A DNA stretch of 64,000 nt from Alphaproteobacteria bacterium (GCA_964291675.2 OZ219865.1:704001-768000); one strand, 5' to 3'. Counted from the first letter of the stretch, positions 28,263-38,708 are shown. A program made the numbers and translations. The notes: generated by a model from the sequence alone, not told the origin.

Positions 28263-28400
28263 GGCAGTCGACGAGACTTGGCCCGGCACGTGCTCACAGG
28301 CCTCGAAGGGGCCAGCCGGAAGGTCGCCCAAGGCGTCGAGGTCGGCCGCCGCCGCCGCCTCGCCCTGCTCCAGCGCGGCGAGCCGCTCCGGGCACCACCC
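28263..28400 (-). pseudogene. Fragment resembling IS21 IstA transposase
   Basis: DLDALGDLPAGPFEACEHVPGQVSSTAL resembles the IstA segment LP..PFEAC....RVSS..LV; it ends at the IS1380 terminus. Confidence 0.5.
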
Positions 28401-28523
28401 CAAGTCGGGGCAGTGATTCAGATGTTGTGAATGAGGACACCGCCTTGCCGGGATACAACAAGCGTGCTACGGTCAGCGTGGTGGGGTGGAACATTCCGCT
28501 CTCGTAATGGGAGAGGATAACCC

Positions 28524-28913
28524 ATGAAAACTCCTGCATTCTTATCACCATATGTTGAGGGAAATTCTCTGACACGTCTCTTTCAAGGGTTGGCCGCGGG
28601 TGTGGTGGCCACCTTGATCATCGGCTTTTCTTGGGGCGGATGGGTTCTCGGCAGCACGGCCGCCGAAAGGGCCGAAATGGCGGCCCAAACCGCAATGGTC
28701 CAGGCATTGGCCCCGATTTGCGCCGCGAGATTCGAGAAGGCCGCCAATGCCGAAAACGGCATGGTCGCCGAATTCGCCGAGGTCGACTCGTGGCAACGCG
28801 ACAGCCATCTGATGAAAGCCGGCTGGGCGACTTTCCCCGGTGCGGTGAAGCCAGACAACGATGTGGCTGAGGCCTGTGCCAAATTGCTTATCACGTCGCT
28901 TAAAATCAAATAG
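28524..28913 (+). CDS. Hypothetical membrane-anchored protein (129 aa)
   Basis: GGGAGAGG RBS; TM segment then GFSWGGWV, LAPICAARF, GWATFPG and VAEACA (two Cys); lower GC than flanks. Confidence 0.75.
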   Translation: MKTPAFLSPYVEGNSLTRLFQGLAAGVVATLIIGFSWGGWVLGSTAAERAEMAAQTAMVQALAPICAARFEKAANAENGMVAEFAEVDSWQRDSHLMKAGWATFPGAVKPDNDVAEACAKLLITSLKIK

Positions 28914-29112
28914 GCCGATCACGACCGGCTCTTAGCGCTAACGGCCCCTTGCCAATTGCGGGGGCGGAGACGGCGGCGCGGACAGCGCGCCTTAGGGCGT
29001 TACGCTTGGCCAAAGAGAAGGCGGATGCCGCCAAGGCGGCGGCGGATACGCGGAAACCCTGGCGGCTTCCGCAAGCGCTCATGCACGGATAGAACCCTTC
29101 GGAGTCAGAACG

Positions 29113-29205
29113 ATGACATTTGGCAACAAGCTGTATTGGTGTTCGCTGATCTCCGTCCTGTGTGCGATCGCGGTCATGGTTGGCCTCGCCATCGTCGTCT
29201 CTTGA
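29113..29205 (+). CDS. Small single-TM protein (30 aa)
   Basis: MTFGNKLYWCSLISVLCAIAVMVGLAIVVS with GGAG upstream. Confidence 0.4.
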   Translation: MTFGNKLYWCSLISVLCAIAVMVGLAIVVS

Positions 29206-29210
29206 GCTAG

Positions 29211-30759
29211 CCCGGATTTCTCAAGGGACTGCTGCATCGGGGCTCCGGATCTGGGATAATGCTTTTTGCAACAAAGGCTTATCCCGGACCGGAGGAAGTC
29301 CCCGATGCCCACACACTGTAACCCGGATCTGTTCGGTTTTGCACCCGTAGAGGACCGTTCGGTGGTCGCCGCGTTCGATGGCGGGGCGATGACGTCTGAC
29401 GCCGGGGCGCTGCTGCTCGGCGCCGCCGATCGGGCGGTTGGGCTGATCGACCGCTTCGCCGCCTGCTTCGTGGATCACCGCGACGGGCGGCTGATCGAAC
29501 ACGAGCTGCGCGGCCTGGTGGGCCAGCGGGTGTTCGGCATCGCGCTGGGCTACGAGGATCTGATCGATCACGATACGCTGCGCCACGATCCGGCGATGGC
29601 GGTTCTGGCCGGCAAGTTGCGGGCGAAACGGCGGGGCTGCGCAGAGCAGGCCGCCGGCGCGGATCGTGCTGGACCTGGACGCCACCGACGATCCGTTGCA
29701 CGGGCAGCAGGAGGGGCGCTTCTTCCACGGCTATTACGACGCCTGGTGCTACCTGCCGCTGTACATCTTCTGCGGCCGGCATCTGCTGGCCGCCAAGCTG
29801 CGGCGCGCGAACATCGACGCCTCGGCGGGCGCGGTCGACGAGGTGGCGCGGATCGTCGGCCAGCTGCGCCGGCACTGGCCGCGTGTGCGCATCCTGCTGC
29901 GGGCGGATGCGGGGTTCGCCCGCGAGGCGTTGATGGGCTGGTGCGAGGCCAACGGGGTCGACTACCTGTTCGGCCTGGCGCGCAATCCCCGGCTGGCGGC
30001 GGCGCTTGAGGGGGCGCTGGCGGCGGCGCGGGGCGCGGCCGAGGCGAAGGGCCGGCCGGCCCGGCGCTACCGGGACTGCCTGTGGTCGACCCGCGACAGC
30101 CGGTCGCGCCGGCGCCGAGCCTGCCCCCGCGAAGGCGGGGGTCGGCAAGGCGGAGTGGACCGGCGGCAAGGCCAATCCGCGCTTCGTGGTGACCTCGCTG
30201 GGGCCCGCAGAGGCGCGCTGCCGCCGGCTCTACGAGACGCTGTACTGCGCCCGCGGCGAGATGGAGAACCGGATCAAGGAATGCCAGCTCGACCTGTTCG
30301 CCGACCGCACATCGGCCGGTACCATGCGCGCCAACCAGCTCCGGCTGTGGTTCGCCTCGATGGCCTATGTGCTGCTCTGCGCGCTGCGCCGGATCGGCCT
30401 GGCCAATACCCGCCTCGCCAGGGCAAGCTGCGGCTCGATCCGGCTCAAGCTGCTGAAGATCGCCGCCCTGGTGCGCATCAGCGTGCGGCGGATCAAGCTC
30501 GCCATGGCCTCGACCTGTCCCTACCAGAGAGAGTTCCAGACCGCCCACGCCCGATTATCCGCCGCCGCGGCGTAAGCGGCCCAACCGAACCCGTCCCACC
30601 AACAGCACAGGAACAGCACCGGACAGACCACCCGCCAAGAAGCGGGCGATGCGACGCGCCTCGAACCCGCCGCCCCGGCTCAGTCCTCGACGTCTCCGAT
30701 CCAGACGCAAAAGCCCCGCCGACATTCACCGTCTCGTGACAGGGTTTGAGAAGTCCGGG
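29211..30759 (+). mobile_element. IS1380-family insertion sequence, copy 2 (1549 bp) with a 128-bp internal deletion
   Basis: Near-identical to copy 1, same TIRs, CTAG flanks and hairpin insert; deletion junction at ~29640-29653. Confidence 0.92.
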
Positions 30760-31743
30760 CTAGGCGAGGTTGAGGATGACCTTGCCGCGCACCCTGCGGT
30801 CGCGAATCACGTCGAACGCCGCCACGTAATCGGCCATCGGGAAGCTGGCCTGGACCGGGATCGCGATCCTGCCCTCGCGGTAGAGGTCGAAGATCTCCCC
30901 CTGCACGCGGCGCACCCAGGCCGGGTCGCGGTCGCGATAGGCCGCCCAGTTCACGCCGGTGACCGCGATCACCTTCAACAGCGCGTAGTTGGTCCTGAAG
31001 GACGGGATCTCGCCGCTGGTGAAGCCGACGACCACGGCCCTGCCGCCGAAATCGAGGGCGCGGAGGGCGCCGTCGAACACCGCGCCGCCGACGCTCTCGA
31101 TCACCACGTCGACCGCGCCGCAGGCCGCGCGCACCTGCTCGCGGATCGTCTCGCGCGGGTTCCCGGCGCCGAGGTCGACGACGTGATCGGCGCCGTTCTC
31201 CAGCGCGACCCCGGCCTTCGACATCGTGGTCACCCCGGCGAGAACGGTGCAGCCGAACGCCTTGGCGAGCTGGATGGCGGCGATCCCGACGCTGCCGGTC
31301 GCCGCGGTGACCAGCACGCGCTCGCCCTTCCCGACCCCGGCGCGGGCGACCAGCGCGAAATGCGCGGTCTGGTAGGCGATGCCGACCGCCGCGGCCTCGT
31401 CGAACCCCATGCCGTCCGGTATCGGGAAGCAGTGATCGGCCGCGACCGCCAGCTTCTCCGCATAGGTGCCCCATTCGACCTGCACCATCACCCTGTCGCC
31501 GACCGACAGCTCGTCCACGCCGTCGCCGACGGCCGCGACCGCTCCCGCCCCCTCCTTGCCGGGCACGAAGGGGTGCGGCGGGATGATCTGGTACTTGCCC
31601 TCGATCACCAGCAGGTCGGGGAAGTTGACCGCCGCCGCCCGCATGTCGACCAGCACCTCGCCGCTTCCGGGCACCGGATCGGGCAGGTCCTCCGTCGTCA
31701 GCTCTTCGGGCGGGCCGACGGCCCTGGCGACGATCGCGCGCAT
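30760..31743 (-). CDS. NADPH:quinone oxidoreductase family (MDR) protein
   Basis: VNFPDLLVIEGKYQ, PFVPGKE, VLVTAATGSVG and VGFTSG motifs; stop codon lies in the IS flank CTAG. Confidence 0.9.
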   Translation of the reverse strand: MRAIVARAVGPPEELTTEDLPDPVPGSGEVLVDMRAAAVNFPDLLVIEGKYQIIPPHPFVPGKEGAGAVAAVGDGVDELSVGDRVMVQVEWGTYAEKLAVAADHCFPIPDGMGFDEAAAVGIAYQTAHFALVARAGVGKGERVLVTAATGSVGIAAIQLAKAFGCTVLAGVTTMSKAGVALENGADHVVDLGAGNPRETIREQVRAACGAVDVVIESVGGAVFDGALRALDFGGRAVVVGFTSGEIPSFRTNYALLKVIAVTGVNWAAYRDRDPAWVRRVQGEIFDLYREGRIAIPVQASFPMADYVAAFDVIRDRRVRGKVILNLA

Positions 31744-31823
31744 GCTGAAACTCCTTGTGGTCGAACCCGAAGGGACCCATGTTTGGCGAGCCGGTCCCGG
31801 CCGGGACCGAAATGGAGGGGCCC

Positions 31824-32942
31824 ATGTTAGTCGGCGTACCCCGGGAGATTAAGACCGAAGAACATCGCGTCGGCATGACTCTGGGCGCGGTGCGGGAGCT
31901 GGTCCGCGCCGGGCAGGAGGTGATCGTCGAGACCGGCGCCGCGCACCGGATCGGCATCGACGACGAGGACTATGTCGCGGCCGGCGCGCGGATCGCCGCC
32001 GATGCGGCCGAGGTGTTCGCCAGGGCGGACCTGATCGTGAAGGTCAAGGAGCCGCAGCCCGAAGAGATCGCCATGCTGCGCGAGGACCAGGTGCTGTTCA
32101 CCTTCCTCCACCTCGCGCCCGACCGGGCGCAGACGCAGGGCTTGATCGAGTCCGGCTGCATCGCCATCGCCTACGAGACGGTGACCGACGAGTTCGGCGG
32201 GCTGCCGCTGCTGGCGCCGATGAGCGAGGTCGCCGGCCGCATGGCGGTGCAGGCCGGCGCGCATTGCCTGGAGACCGAGCATGGCGGGCGCGGCATCCTG
32301 CTCGGCGGGGTGCCCGGCGTCCGTCCCGGCAGGGTGGTGGTGATCGGCGGCGGGGTGGTGGGCACCAACGCCCTGCTGGTCGCCAACGGATTCGGCGCCC
32401 AGGTCACCGTGCTCGACACCTCGCATCGCCGTCTCGCCGAGCTCGATCTCGAATTCCGCAGCCTGATCACCACCCGCCAATCGCAGGCGGATTCGATCGA
32501 GCAGGAGGTCCTCGAGGCCGACCTCGTTATCGGCGCGGTGCTGGTGCCCGGCGCCGCCGCGCCCAGGCTGGTGACCGGCGAGATGGTCGCGGCCATGAAA
32601 CGCGGCTCGGTCATCGTCGACGTGGCCATCGACCAGGGCGGGTGCTGCGAGACCAGCCGTCCGACCACCCATTCGGACCCGAGCTTCGTGGTCGACGAGG
32701 TGGTGCATTACTGCGTTGCCAACATGCCGGGCGCGGTCGCCAGGACCTCGACGCTGGCGCTGAACAACGCCACCCTGCCCTTCGTCCGCAAGCTCGCCGT
32801 CGAGGGCTGGCGCGAGGCAATGCTGGGCGATCCGCATCTGCTCAGGGGGCTCAACGTCTATCGTGGGCGGCTGACCCACGGCGCGGTGGCGGAGGCGCAG
32901 GACCGCGATCACGTCCCGCCGCAGGAGGCGCTCGCCGCCTGA
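31824..32942 (+). CDS. ald: Alanine dehydrogenase
   Basis: [35 protein letters not shown] and [11 protein letters not shown] motifs. Confidence 0.95.
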   Translation: MLVGVPREIKTEEHRVGMTLGAVRELVRAGQEVIVETGAAHRIGIDDEDYVAAGARIAADAAEVFARADLIVKVKEPQPEEIAMLREDQVLFTFLHLAPDRAQTQGLIESGCIAIAYETVTDEFGGLPLLAPMSEVAGRMAVQAGAHCLETEHGGRGILLGGVPGVRPGRVVVIGGGVVGTNALLVANGFGAQVTVLDTSHRRLAELDLEFRSLITTRQSQADSIEQEVLEADLVIGAVLVPGAAAPRLVTGEMVAAMKRGSVIVDVAIDQGGCCETSRPTTHSDPSFVVDEVVHYCVANMPGAVARTSTLALNNATLPFVRKLAVEGWREAMLGDPHLLRGLNVYRGRLTHGAVAEAQDRDHVPPQEALAA

Positions 32943-33024
32943 GCGTCCGGCGCACGCCGTTTCGCGGCCCTGCGCGACGCGATAGGATGCGCGACCCGCG
33001 AGAACCGCCCGGAAGGCACTTGCG

Positions 33025-33921
33025 ATGGAGCTGCGCAGGGTCGGCGTGATCGGCCTCGGTGCGATGGGCCGCCCGATGGCGGAGCATGTCGCGCGGGCGG
33101 GTTACGCGTTGAGACTCCACGACACCGAGCCGGGGCGCGCGGAAGAAGCGGCGCGGGCCACCGGCGGACAGGTCGCCAACGGCCCCGCCGGGGTGGCCGC
33201 CGGCTCGGATGTCGTCGTCACCATGCTGCCGACCGGCGGCGACGTCGCCCGGACCGCGCTGGACCCGGACGGGCTCGCTGACGGGTTCTCCGGCGATGGA
33301 ATCCTCATCGACATGAGCTCGTCCGAGCCCTCGGGCACGGTCGCGCTCGCCGCGGCGCTGGCCGAGCGCGGGGTCGCCATGATCGACGCGCCGGTCTCCG
33401 GCGGGCGCAAGGGGGCGGTCGCGGGCACGCTCACCATCATGGCGGGCGGCGACGGGGTCCTGGTCGAACGCTGCCGGCCGATGCTGGGGGCGATGGGCGA
33501 GCGCGTCGTCCATACCGGACCCATCGGCTCCGGGCATGCGCTCAAGGCGCTCAACAACACGATCAGCGCGGCGGGGTTCCTCGCCGCCGTCGAGGCGTTC
33601 CTGGTCGGCAGGCGGTTCGGGCTGGAGCCCGAGACCATGGCCGAGGTGGTCAATGCCTCGACCGGCATGAACAACGCCACGCGCAACAAGCTCGCCCAGT
33701 TCGTGTTCTCGCGCAGCTTCGATTCGGGGTTCTCGATGGACCTCATGGTCAAGGACCTCGACATCGCGCTCGACCTCGCCCGGGATACCGCGACCGCCGT
33801 CCCCCTCGCCGCGCTCAGCCGCGAGATCTGGGCCCAGGCGCAACAAAGCCTCGAGCCCGGGCGCGACCACACCGAAATCGTCCGCTGGCTGGAACGGCTC
33901 GCCCGCGCGGAGCTGCGGTGA
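33025..33921 (+). CDS. NAD(P)-dependent beta-hydroxyacid dehydrogenase (3-hydroxyisobutyrate dehydrogenase family)
   Basis: IGLGAMG, DAPVSGG, KALNN and FSMDLMVKDL motifs. Confidence 0.9.
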   Translation: MELRRVGVIGLGAMGRPMAEHVARAGYALRLHDTEPGRAEEAARATGGQVANGPAGVAAGSDVVVTMLPTGGDVARTALDPDGLADGFSGDGILIDMSSSEPSGTVALAAALAERGVAMIDAPVSGGRKGAVAGTLTIMAGGDGVLVERCRPMLGAMGERVVHTGPIGSGHALKALNNTISAAGFLAAVEAFLVGRRFGLEPETMAEVVNASTGMNNATRNKLAQFVFSRSFDSGFSMDLMVKDLDIALDLARDTATAVPLAALSREIWAQAQQSLEPGRDHTEIVRWLERLARAELR

Positions 33922-34835
33922 ACGGCAAGCGGGCGCCGAGCGCAAGCGCCTATCGTCCCAAGCTCGACAATCTGCGCGGCATCCTGTGGATGCTGGCCGC
34001 CGTCACCCTGCTGACCGCGATGTTCGCGATCATCAAGCAGATGGCGACCGAGCTTCCGTTCTTCGTGGTCGCGCTGATGCGCACCTCGGTGGCGCTGGTC
34101 ATGTTCCTCCCCTGGCTGGTCCGGGTCGGCCCGGCGGGCATCGCGACGCGCCGGTTGAAGACGCATTTCCTGCGGGCGTTCTTCGGGATCGCTTCCTTCG
34201 CCTGCGTCGTCTACGCGGTCGGGCGGCTGATGCTGTCGGACGCGATGGTGCTCTCCTTCACCTCGCCCTTCTGGTCGATCCTGCTGTCCGGCCTGATGCT
34301 GGGCGAGGTCATACGCCGCGACCGGACCTTCGCCACCGTCGCGGGGTTCGTCGGCGTGGTCATGATCGTCAAGCCGCACGGCGAGATCGACCACGCGATG
34401 CTGGTCGCGCTCGGCAGCGCGGTGCTCACCAGCGGCGCGATCGTCTCGCTCAAGAGCCTGTCGCGGACCGAGCCCCCGGCGCGGATCGTGTTCTACTTCT
34501 TTCTCTTCGGCACCCTGTTCTTGCTGCCGCCGGCGCTGCTGACCTGGGAGACGCCGGACTGGCGCCAGCTCGGCTGGCTGATCGCCGCGGGCGTGCTCGG
34601 CGGCGTCGGGCAGAATTTTCTCGCCCGCGCCTACGATGCCGGCGAGGTGACGATCATCGCCCCGCTCGACTTCCTGCGCATGCCGCTCGCCGCCCTGTTC
34701 GGCTTCGCCGTGTTTGCCGAAATCCCCGACATCTGGTCGGCCGCGGGCACGGCTGTGATAGTTTCGGCCCTCCTGTTCATCGCCCGTCGCGACGCGGTCG
34801 AGCGGCGGCGCCAGCGCGAGGGGCCCGGGTCATGA
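33918..34835 (+). CDS. DMT/EamA family transporter
   Basis: About ten hydrophobic segments; LGE, G..GV..IV.P and FAEIPD motifs. Confidence 0.88.
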   Translation: MNGKRAPSASAYRPKLDNLRGILWMLAAVTLLTAMFAIIKQMATELPFFVVALMRTSVALVMFLPWLVRVGPAGIATRRLKTHFLRAFFGIASFACVVYAVGRLMLSDAMVLSFTSPFWSILLSGLMLGEVIRRDRTFATVAGFVGVVMIVKPHGEIDHAMLVALGSAVLTSGAIVSLKSLSRTEPPARIVFYFFLFGTLFLLPPALLTWETPDWRQLGWLIAAGVLGGVGQNFLARAYDAGEVTIIAPLDFLRMPLAALFGFAVFAEIPDIWSAAGTAVIVSALLFIARRDAVERRRQREGPGS

Positions 34836-35929
34836 GCGGCGAAGTTCTCTCCGACCTCGTTTCGTTTCCGGTGCGCGCCGATCTCGACCGGGCCTGGCGC
34901 CGCGCCTGGGAACACCTCGCCCGGCCGGGAACCTGGTGGACCGGCGCGGAACGGCTCGCCATGGTCGCTTCGTGCCGCGAAGCGCCGGAATGCGCGCTCT
35001 GCCGCGAACGCGCCGCCGCGCTCTCCCCCTTCGCCGTCGACGGAACCCACGATTCGACCAGCGCCCTGCCGGACAACGTCGTCGAGGCGATCCACCGCAT
35101 CCGCACCGATTCCGGGCGGCTGACGGAGGCCTGGTTCCGAAAGACGGTCGGCGGCGGGTTGAGCGAGCCGGAATATGCCGAGATCGTCGGCGTGGTCTCC
35201 ATCGCGACGGCGCTGGATACGCTGGCGAAGGGGCTCGGCATGGCGCGCCCCGCGCTGCCCGAACCGGTGCCCGGCGGGCCGTCGCGCTATCTTCCGGCGA
35301 AGGCGCGGCGGGGTCTCGCCTGGCTCCCCACGCTCGAACCCGAAGACATCGCCCCAGGCGAGCCCAACCCCTATGGCGACAAGACAGGGGAGCTCGTTGC
35401 CAACATCCACCGCGGGATGAGCCTGGTGCCGGCCGAGGTCGCGGCGTTCTTCGAGCTCGACGACGCGATCTACCTGCCGCAATTCGCGCTCAAGGACTTC
35501 GCCACCGAGTACCGCGCGATCGGCCACGCGCAGATGGAGCTGCTCGCCGCCCGGGTGTCGCTGATCAACCGGTGCCGATACTGAACCGCCGGACACGTCA
35601 TGCTGCTCCGTGAGAGCGGCAGGCATCGCGGCGAGAGCTACTCGCTCGACGGGGTCTCCGGGGACGGCGACAGCGGCGTGCCGCATGGCCGCCTGCTGCT
35701 CGACTTCGCCGAGGCGGTGGTGGGGGGCGCGGACGCGGCGATCCCTCCCGCCCGGCGCGCGCTGGCGGCGGCGGTCGGCGAAGCGGGCTTCGTCGATGCC
35801 GCCGGCGTGGTTGCGTCCTTCAACGCCGTGGTGCGGATCGCCGATGCGACCGGCATCCCGGTCGAGCCGTTCAAGCTGGAGCGGACCGTCGAGGAGCGCG
35901 CCGCGCTCGGCATTGACGACTGGCACTGA
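34832..35929 (+). CDS. AhpD-like alkylhydroperoxidase-related protein, probable selenoprotein (Sec at 35582-35584)
   Basis: ELLAARVSLINRCRY-TGA-TAGHVMLLRES continues in frame into ORF 35600-35929; CxxU...H is the AhpD redox motif. Confidence 0.75.
35585..35626 (+). promoter_or_regulatory. Candidate bacterial SECIS element
   Basis: Stem 35601-35608/35614-35621, loop CGUGA with G in position 2, 24 nt between UGA and loop. Confidence 0.65.
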
Positions 35930-35936
35930 CGGCCTG

Positions 35937-36656
35937 CGTCCTTCGATACGCCCGCCTCCGGCGGGCTACTCAGGATGAGGGCTGGTTGGTGCGGCTCAAG
36001 AGAAGCTCCCTCACCCTGAGTAACCCCGGACTTGATCCACTGCTGTCCGGTTTAGATTTTCGGCGCGGGCTCCGCGCCCGTGAACATCTGCATCTCCGCT
36101 CCCGCTGTCACCCCTACGTCATGGCCGGACTTGATCCGGCCATCCACGCGGCCTCTCCGCCCGCACGACGGTCCGACGAGAGGGGCGGCGGCGCCCATGG
36201 ATGCCCGGATGGAGTCCACTGCTGTCCGGTTTAGCCTTCGACGCGCGTCGCGCCCGGCGTTTCCCGTCCCATCACCATGCCCCCCAATCGTCATGCCCGG
36301 ACTTGATCCGGGCATCCACTGGCGCCGCCGCCTCTCCCGACGGGGCGTTGTACCGGTGGCGCCAGTGGTTGCGCGGATCAAGTCCGCGCATGGGTGGCCG
36401 GATCAAGTCCGGCCATGACGGGGTGGTGGTCGCGGTGGAGGAGTACGGGAGCCGGGGGCGGCCCGCCCCGCCCGTGGGTGCCCGGAACGAGGCCGGCGTG
36501 ACAACAAGAGGGGCAGGGACGGCAAGTGCGGGCGTGCGGCGATCCGTGTCCCGATCCGGCGGATGCGCCGATATCCCGCCCGGAACAAGGCTTTGCGCCC
36601 GGTCCAGCTCATCCAAACCGGACAGCAGTGGACTTGATCCGGGGCGTATCGAAGGG
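35937..36656. repeat. Composite REP cluster (families A and B) between convergent genes
   Basis: Family A arm 35937-35980 and split arm 36009-36037/36631-36656; family B units at 36117-36147, 36289-36319, 36365-36391 and 36388-36420. Confidence 0.85.
36038..36630. mobile_element. MITE-like non-autonomous element (593 bp) inserted in a REP loop
   Basis: 16-bp perfect TIR CACTGCTGTCCGGTTT; 9-bp direct repeat GACTTGATC at 36029-36037 and 36631-36639; no transposase. Confidence 0.75.
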
Positions 36657-36660
36657 CGCC

Positions 36661-37788
36661 TCAGCGTTCGCCGATCGGCGGCACCGGGCGCTGCGCCACG
36701 CCGGTATAGGCGCTGAGCGGGCGGATCAGCCGGTTGTCGAGGTTCTGTTCGAGATAATGCGCGGTCCAGCCGGTGATCCGGCTCATGACGAAGATCGGCG
36801 TGAACATCTCGATCTCGAATCCCATCATGTGATAGGACGGGCCGGCGGGAAAATCGAGGTTTGGATAAATCCCCTTCTCCTCGATCATCACCTTCTGCAG
36901 CCCGTCGGACATGCGGATCCAGGTATCGTCGCCCTTCCACGCGGCGAGGTCCTCGAGGCAGCGGCGCATGGTCGGCACGCGGGAATCGCCCGATTTGTAG
37001 ACCCGGTGGCCGAACCCCATCACCAGCCGCTTGCGGGCGATGGCCTCGTGCATCCACTCCTCGGCGATGTCGGGGTCGCCGATTTCGAGGAACATCTTCA
37101 TCACCGCCTCGTTGGCGCCGCCATGCAGCGGGCCCTTGAGCGAGCCGATGCCGCCGGTGACCGCGGAAAAGATGTCCGAGCGGCTGGATGCGATGGTGCG
37201 GACGGTGAAGGTGGACGCGTTGAAGCTGTGCTCGGCATAGAGGATCATCGACGTGTCGAAGGCCTTTATGACCTCGGGCGGCGGCACCTCGCCGAAGCAC
37301 ATGTTGAAGAAGTTCTCGACCATCGGCAGGTCCTCGCGCGGCGCGATTCGCTTCCCGCCGGTGCGGAACCGGTAATCCGTGGCGATCATCGTCGGGATCT
37401 TGGCCAGCAGGTCGAGCGCGCGGTCGCGGTCGGCCAGCTCCGGCTCGCCGCCCCAGGCGATCTCCATGGTGCCGAGATAGCTCACGGCCGTGCGCAGCGC
37501 GTCCATGGGATGGGCGGCGGGCGGGAAACGGCGGATCACCTCGATATGGGCGTCCGAGAGCTCGCGCCGCGTCGCCTCCATGGCCTTGAACTGGTCGAGC
37601 TCGTCGGCGGTGGGCAGCTCGCCGCGCCACAGCAGCCAGGCGACTTCCTCGAACGAGGCTTCGGCGCAGAGCTCCTGCACCGCGTATCCGCGATAGGTGA
37701 GCGAGTTGGTCTCCGGCACCACCTTGGAGATCGCGGTGGTGTCCACCGTCACCCCGGCGAGGCCTTTCTGGATCTGCGGCTCGGCCAT
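36661..37788 (-). CDS. prpC: 2-methylcitrate synthase
   Basis: LTYRGY, YAEHSFNASTF, GPLHGGANE, GFGHRVY and PNLDF motifs; follows prpDB. Confidence 0.92.
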   Translation of the reverse strand: MAEPQIQKGLAGVTVDTTAISKVVPETNSLTYRGYAVQELCAEASFEEVAWLLWRGELPTADELDQFKAMEATRRELSDAHIEVIRRFPPAAHPMDALRTAVSYLGTMEIAWGGEPELADRDRALDLLAKIPTMIATDYRFRTGGKRIAPREDLPMVENFFNMCFGEVPPPEVIKAFDTSMILYAEHSFNASTFTVRTIASSRSDIFSAVTGGIGSLKGPLHGGANEAVMKMFLEIGDPDIAEEWMHEAIARKRLVMGFGHRVYKSGDSRVPTMRRCLEDLAAWKGDDTWIRMSDGLQKVMIEEKGIYPNLDFPAGPSYHMMGFEIEMFTPIFVMSRITGWTAHYLEQNLDNRLIRPLSAYTGVAQRPVPPIGER

Positions 37789-37814
37789 CCGACCCTCCCT
37801 TCTTCCGCCTGCCT

Positions 37815-38708
37815 TCAAACCTTGAAGTTGAAAAGGCTCTGGTCGAATCGATTGTAGTCCTCGTAGCGCAGCAGCTCATAGAGCCGCTTGCGGGTCTGCA
37901 TCCTCGGCACGGCGTCTTCCTGGGTACCGTGCGCCTTCAGGACGTCGAGCCCCTCCTCGACCCCGAACATGGCGAGGCGGAGCGTGGTCACGGGATAGAT
38001 CGCGATGTTGTAGCCGAGCTCGACCAGCCGGTCGCGGGTGAGCAGCGGCGTCTTCCCGAACTCGGTGAGGTTGGCGAGCAGCGGCACCGGGATCGCCGCC
38101 CGGAACGCCTCGTATTCCGGGATCGTGGTGAGTGCTTCCGGGAAGATCGCATCGGCGCCCGCGTCGACATAGGCCCTGGCGCGGTCGATCGCCGCCTCCA
38201 GCCCCTCCGACGCCTTGGCATCGGTCCGGGCCATCAGCAGGAAGTTGGGATCGCGCCTGGCGTCGGAAGCGGCGCGGATCTTCTGCGCCATGTCCGCGGC
38301 CGGGATCAGCACCTTGTTGTCGAGATGCCCGCAGCGCTTTGGGCTGAGCTGGTCCTCCAGATGGCATCCCGCGAGCCCGGCATCCTCGATCTCCAGGATC
38401 GAGCGCGCCGCGTTCATCGGCTCGCCGAACCCGGTATCGAGGTCGATCAGCGCCGGCAGGTCGGTCGCGCGGGCGATCTGGTGGCCCCGCGCGGTCACCT
38501 CGGGCAGCGTCGTCAGCCCGATATCGGGGAGCGCGAGATCCGCCGACAGCGCCGCGCCCGAGATGTATATGCCGTCGAAGCCCTTCTCCTGGACCAGCAC
38601 CGCGACCAGCGGCGAGAACGCGCCGGGCAGTTGCAGCAGCGCCCCGGACTCGAGCGCCGCGCGGAACGCGGCCCGCTTCTCGGCCGCCGTCCTGGTGGCG
38701 AACAGCAT
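37815..38708 (-). CDS. prpB: 2-methylisocitrate lyase
   Basis: YISGAALS, LPDIG, DLDTGFG, EDQ..PKRCGHL, ARTDA and NLTEFGKT motifs. Confidence 0.93.
   Translation of the reverse strand: MLFATRTAAEKRAAFRAALESGALLQLPGAFSPLVAVLVQEKGFDGIYISGAALSADLALPDIGLTTLPEVTARGHQIARATDLPALIDLDTGFGEPMNAARSILEIEDAGLAGCHLEDQLSPKRCGHLDNKVLIPAADMAQKIRAASDARRDPNFLLMARTDAKASEGLEAAIDRARAYVDAGADAIFPEALTTIPEYEAFRAAIPVPLLANLTEFGKTPLLTRDRLVELGYNIAIYPVTTLRLAMFGVEEGLDVLKAHGTQEDAVPRMQTRKRLYELLRYEDYNRFDQSLFNFKV

Noticed and set aside
35600-35929. Independent 109-aa gene
   Set aside because: In frame with the upstream AhpD-like ORF across a TGA with a SECIS-like hairpin and no clear RBS; treated as the C-terminus of a selenoprotein
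36038-36420. Possible CRISPR array (about 30-bp palindromic repeats with spacers; also 3643-3848)
   Set aside because: Units alternate in orientation, spacing is irregular, spacers are shared between loci and no cas genes are present; this fits REP elements
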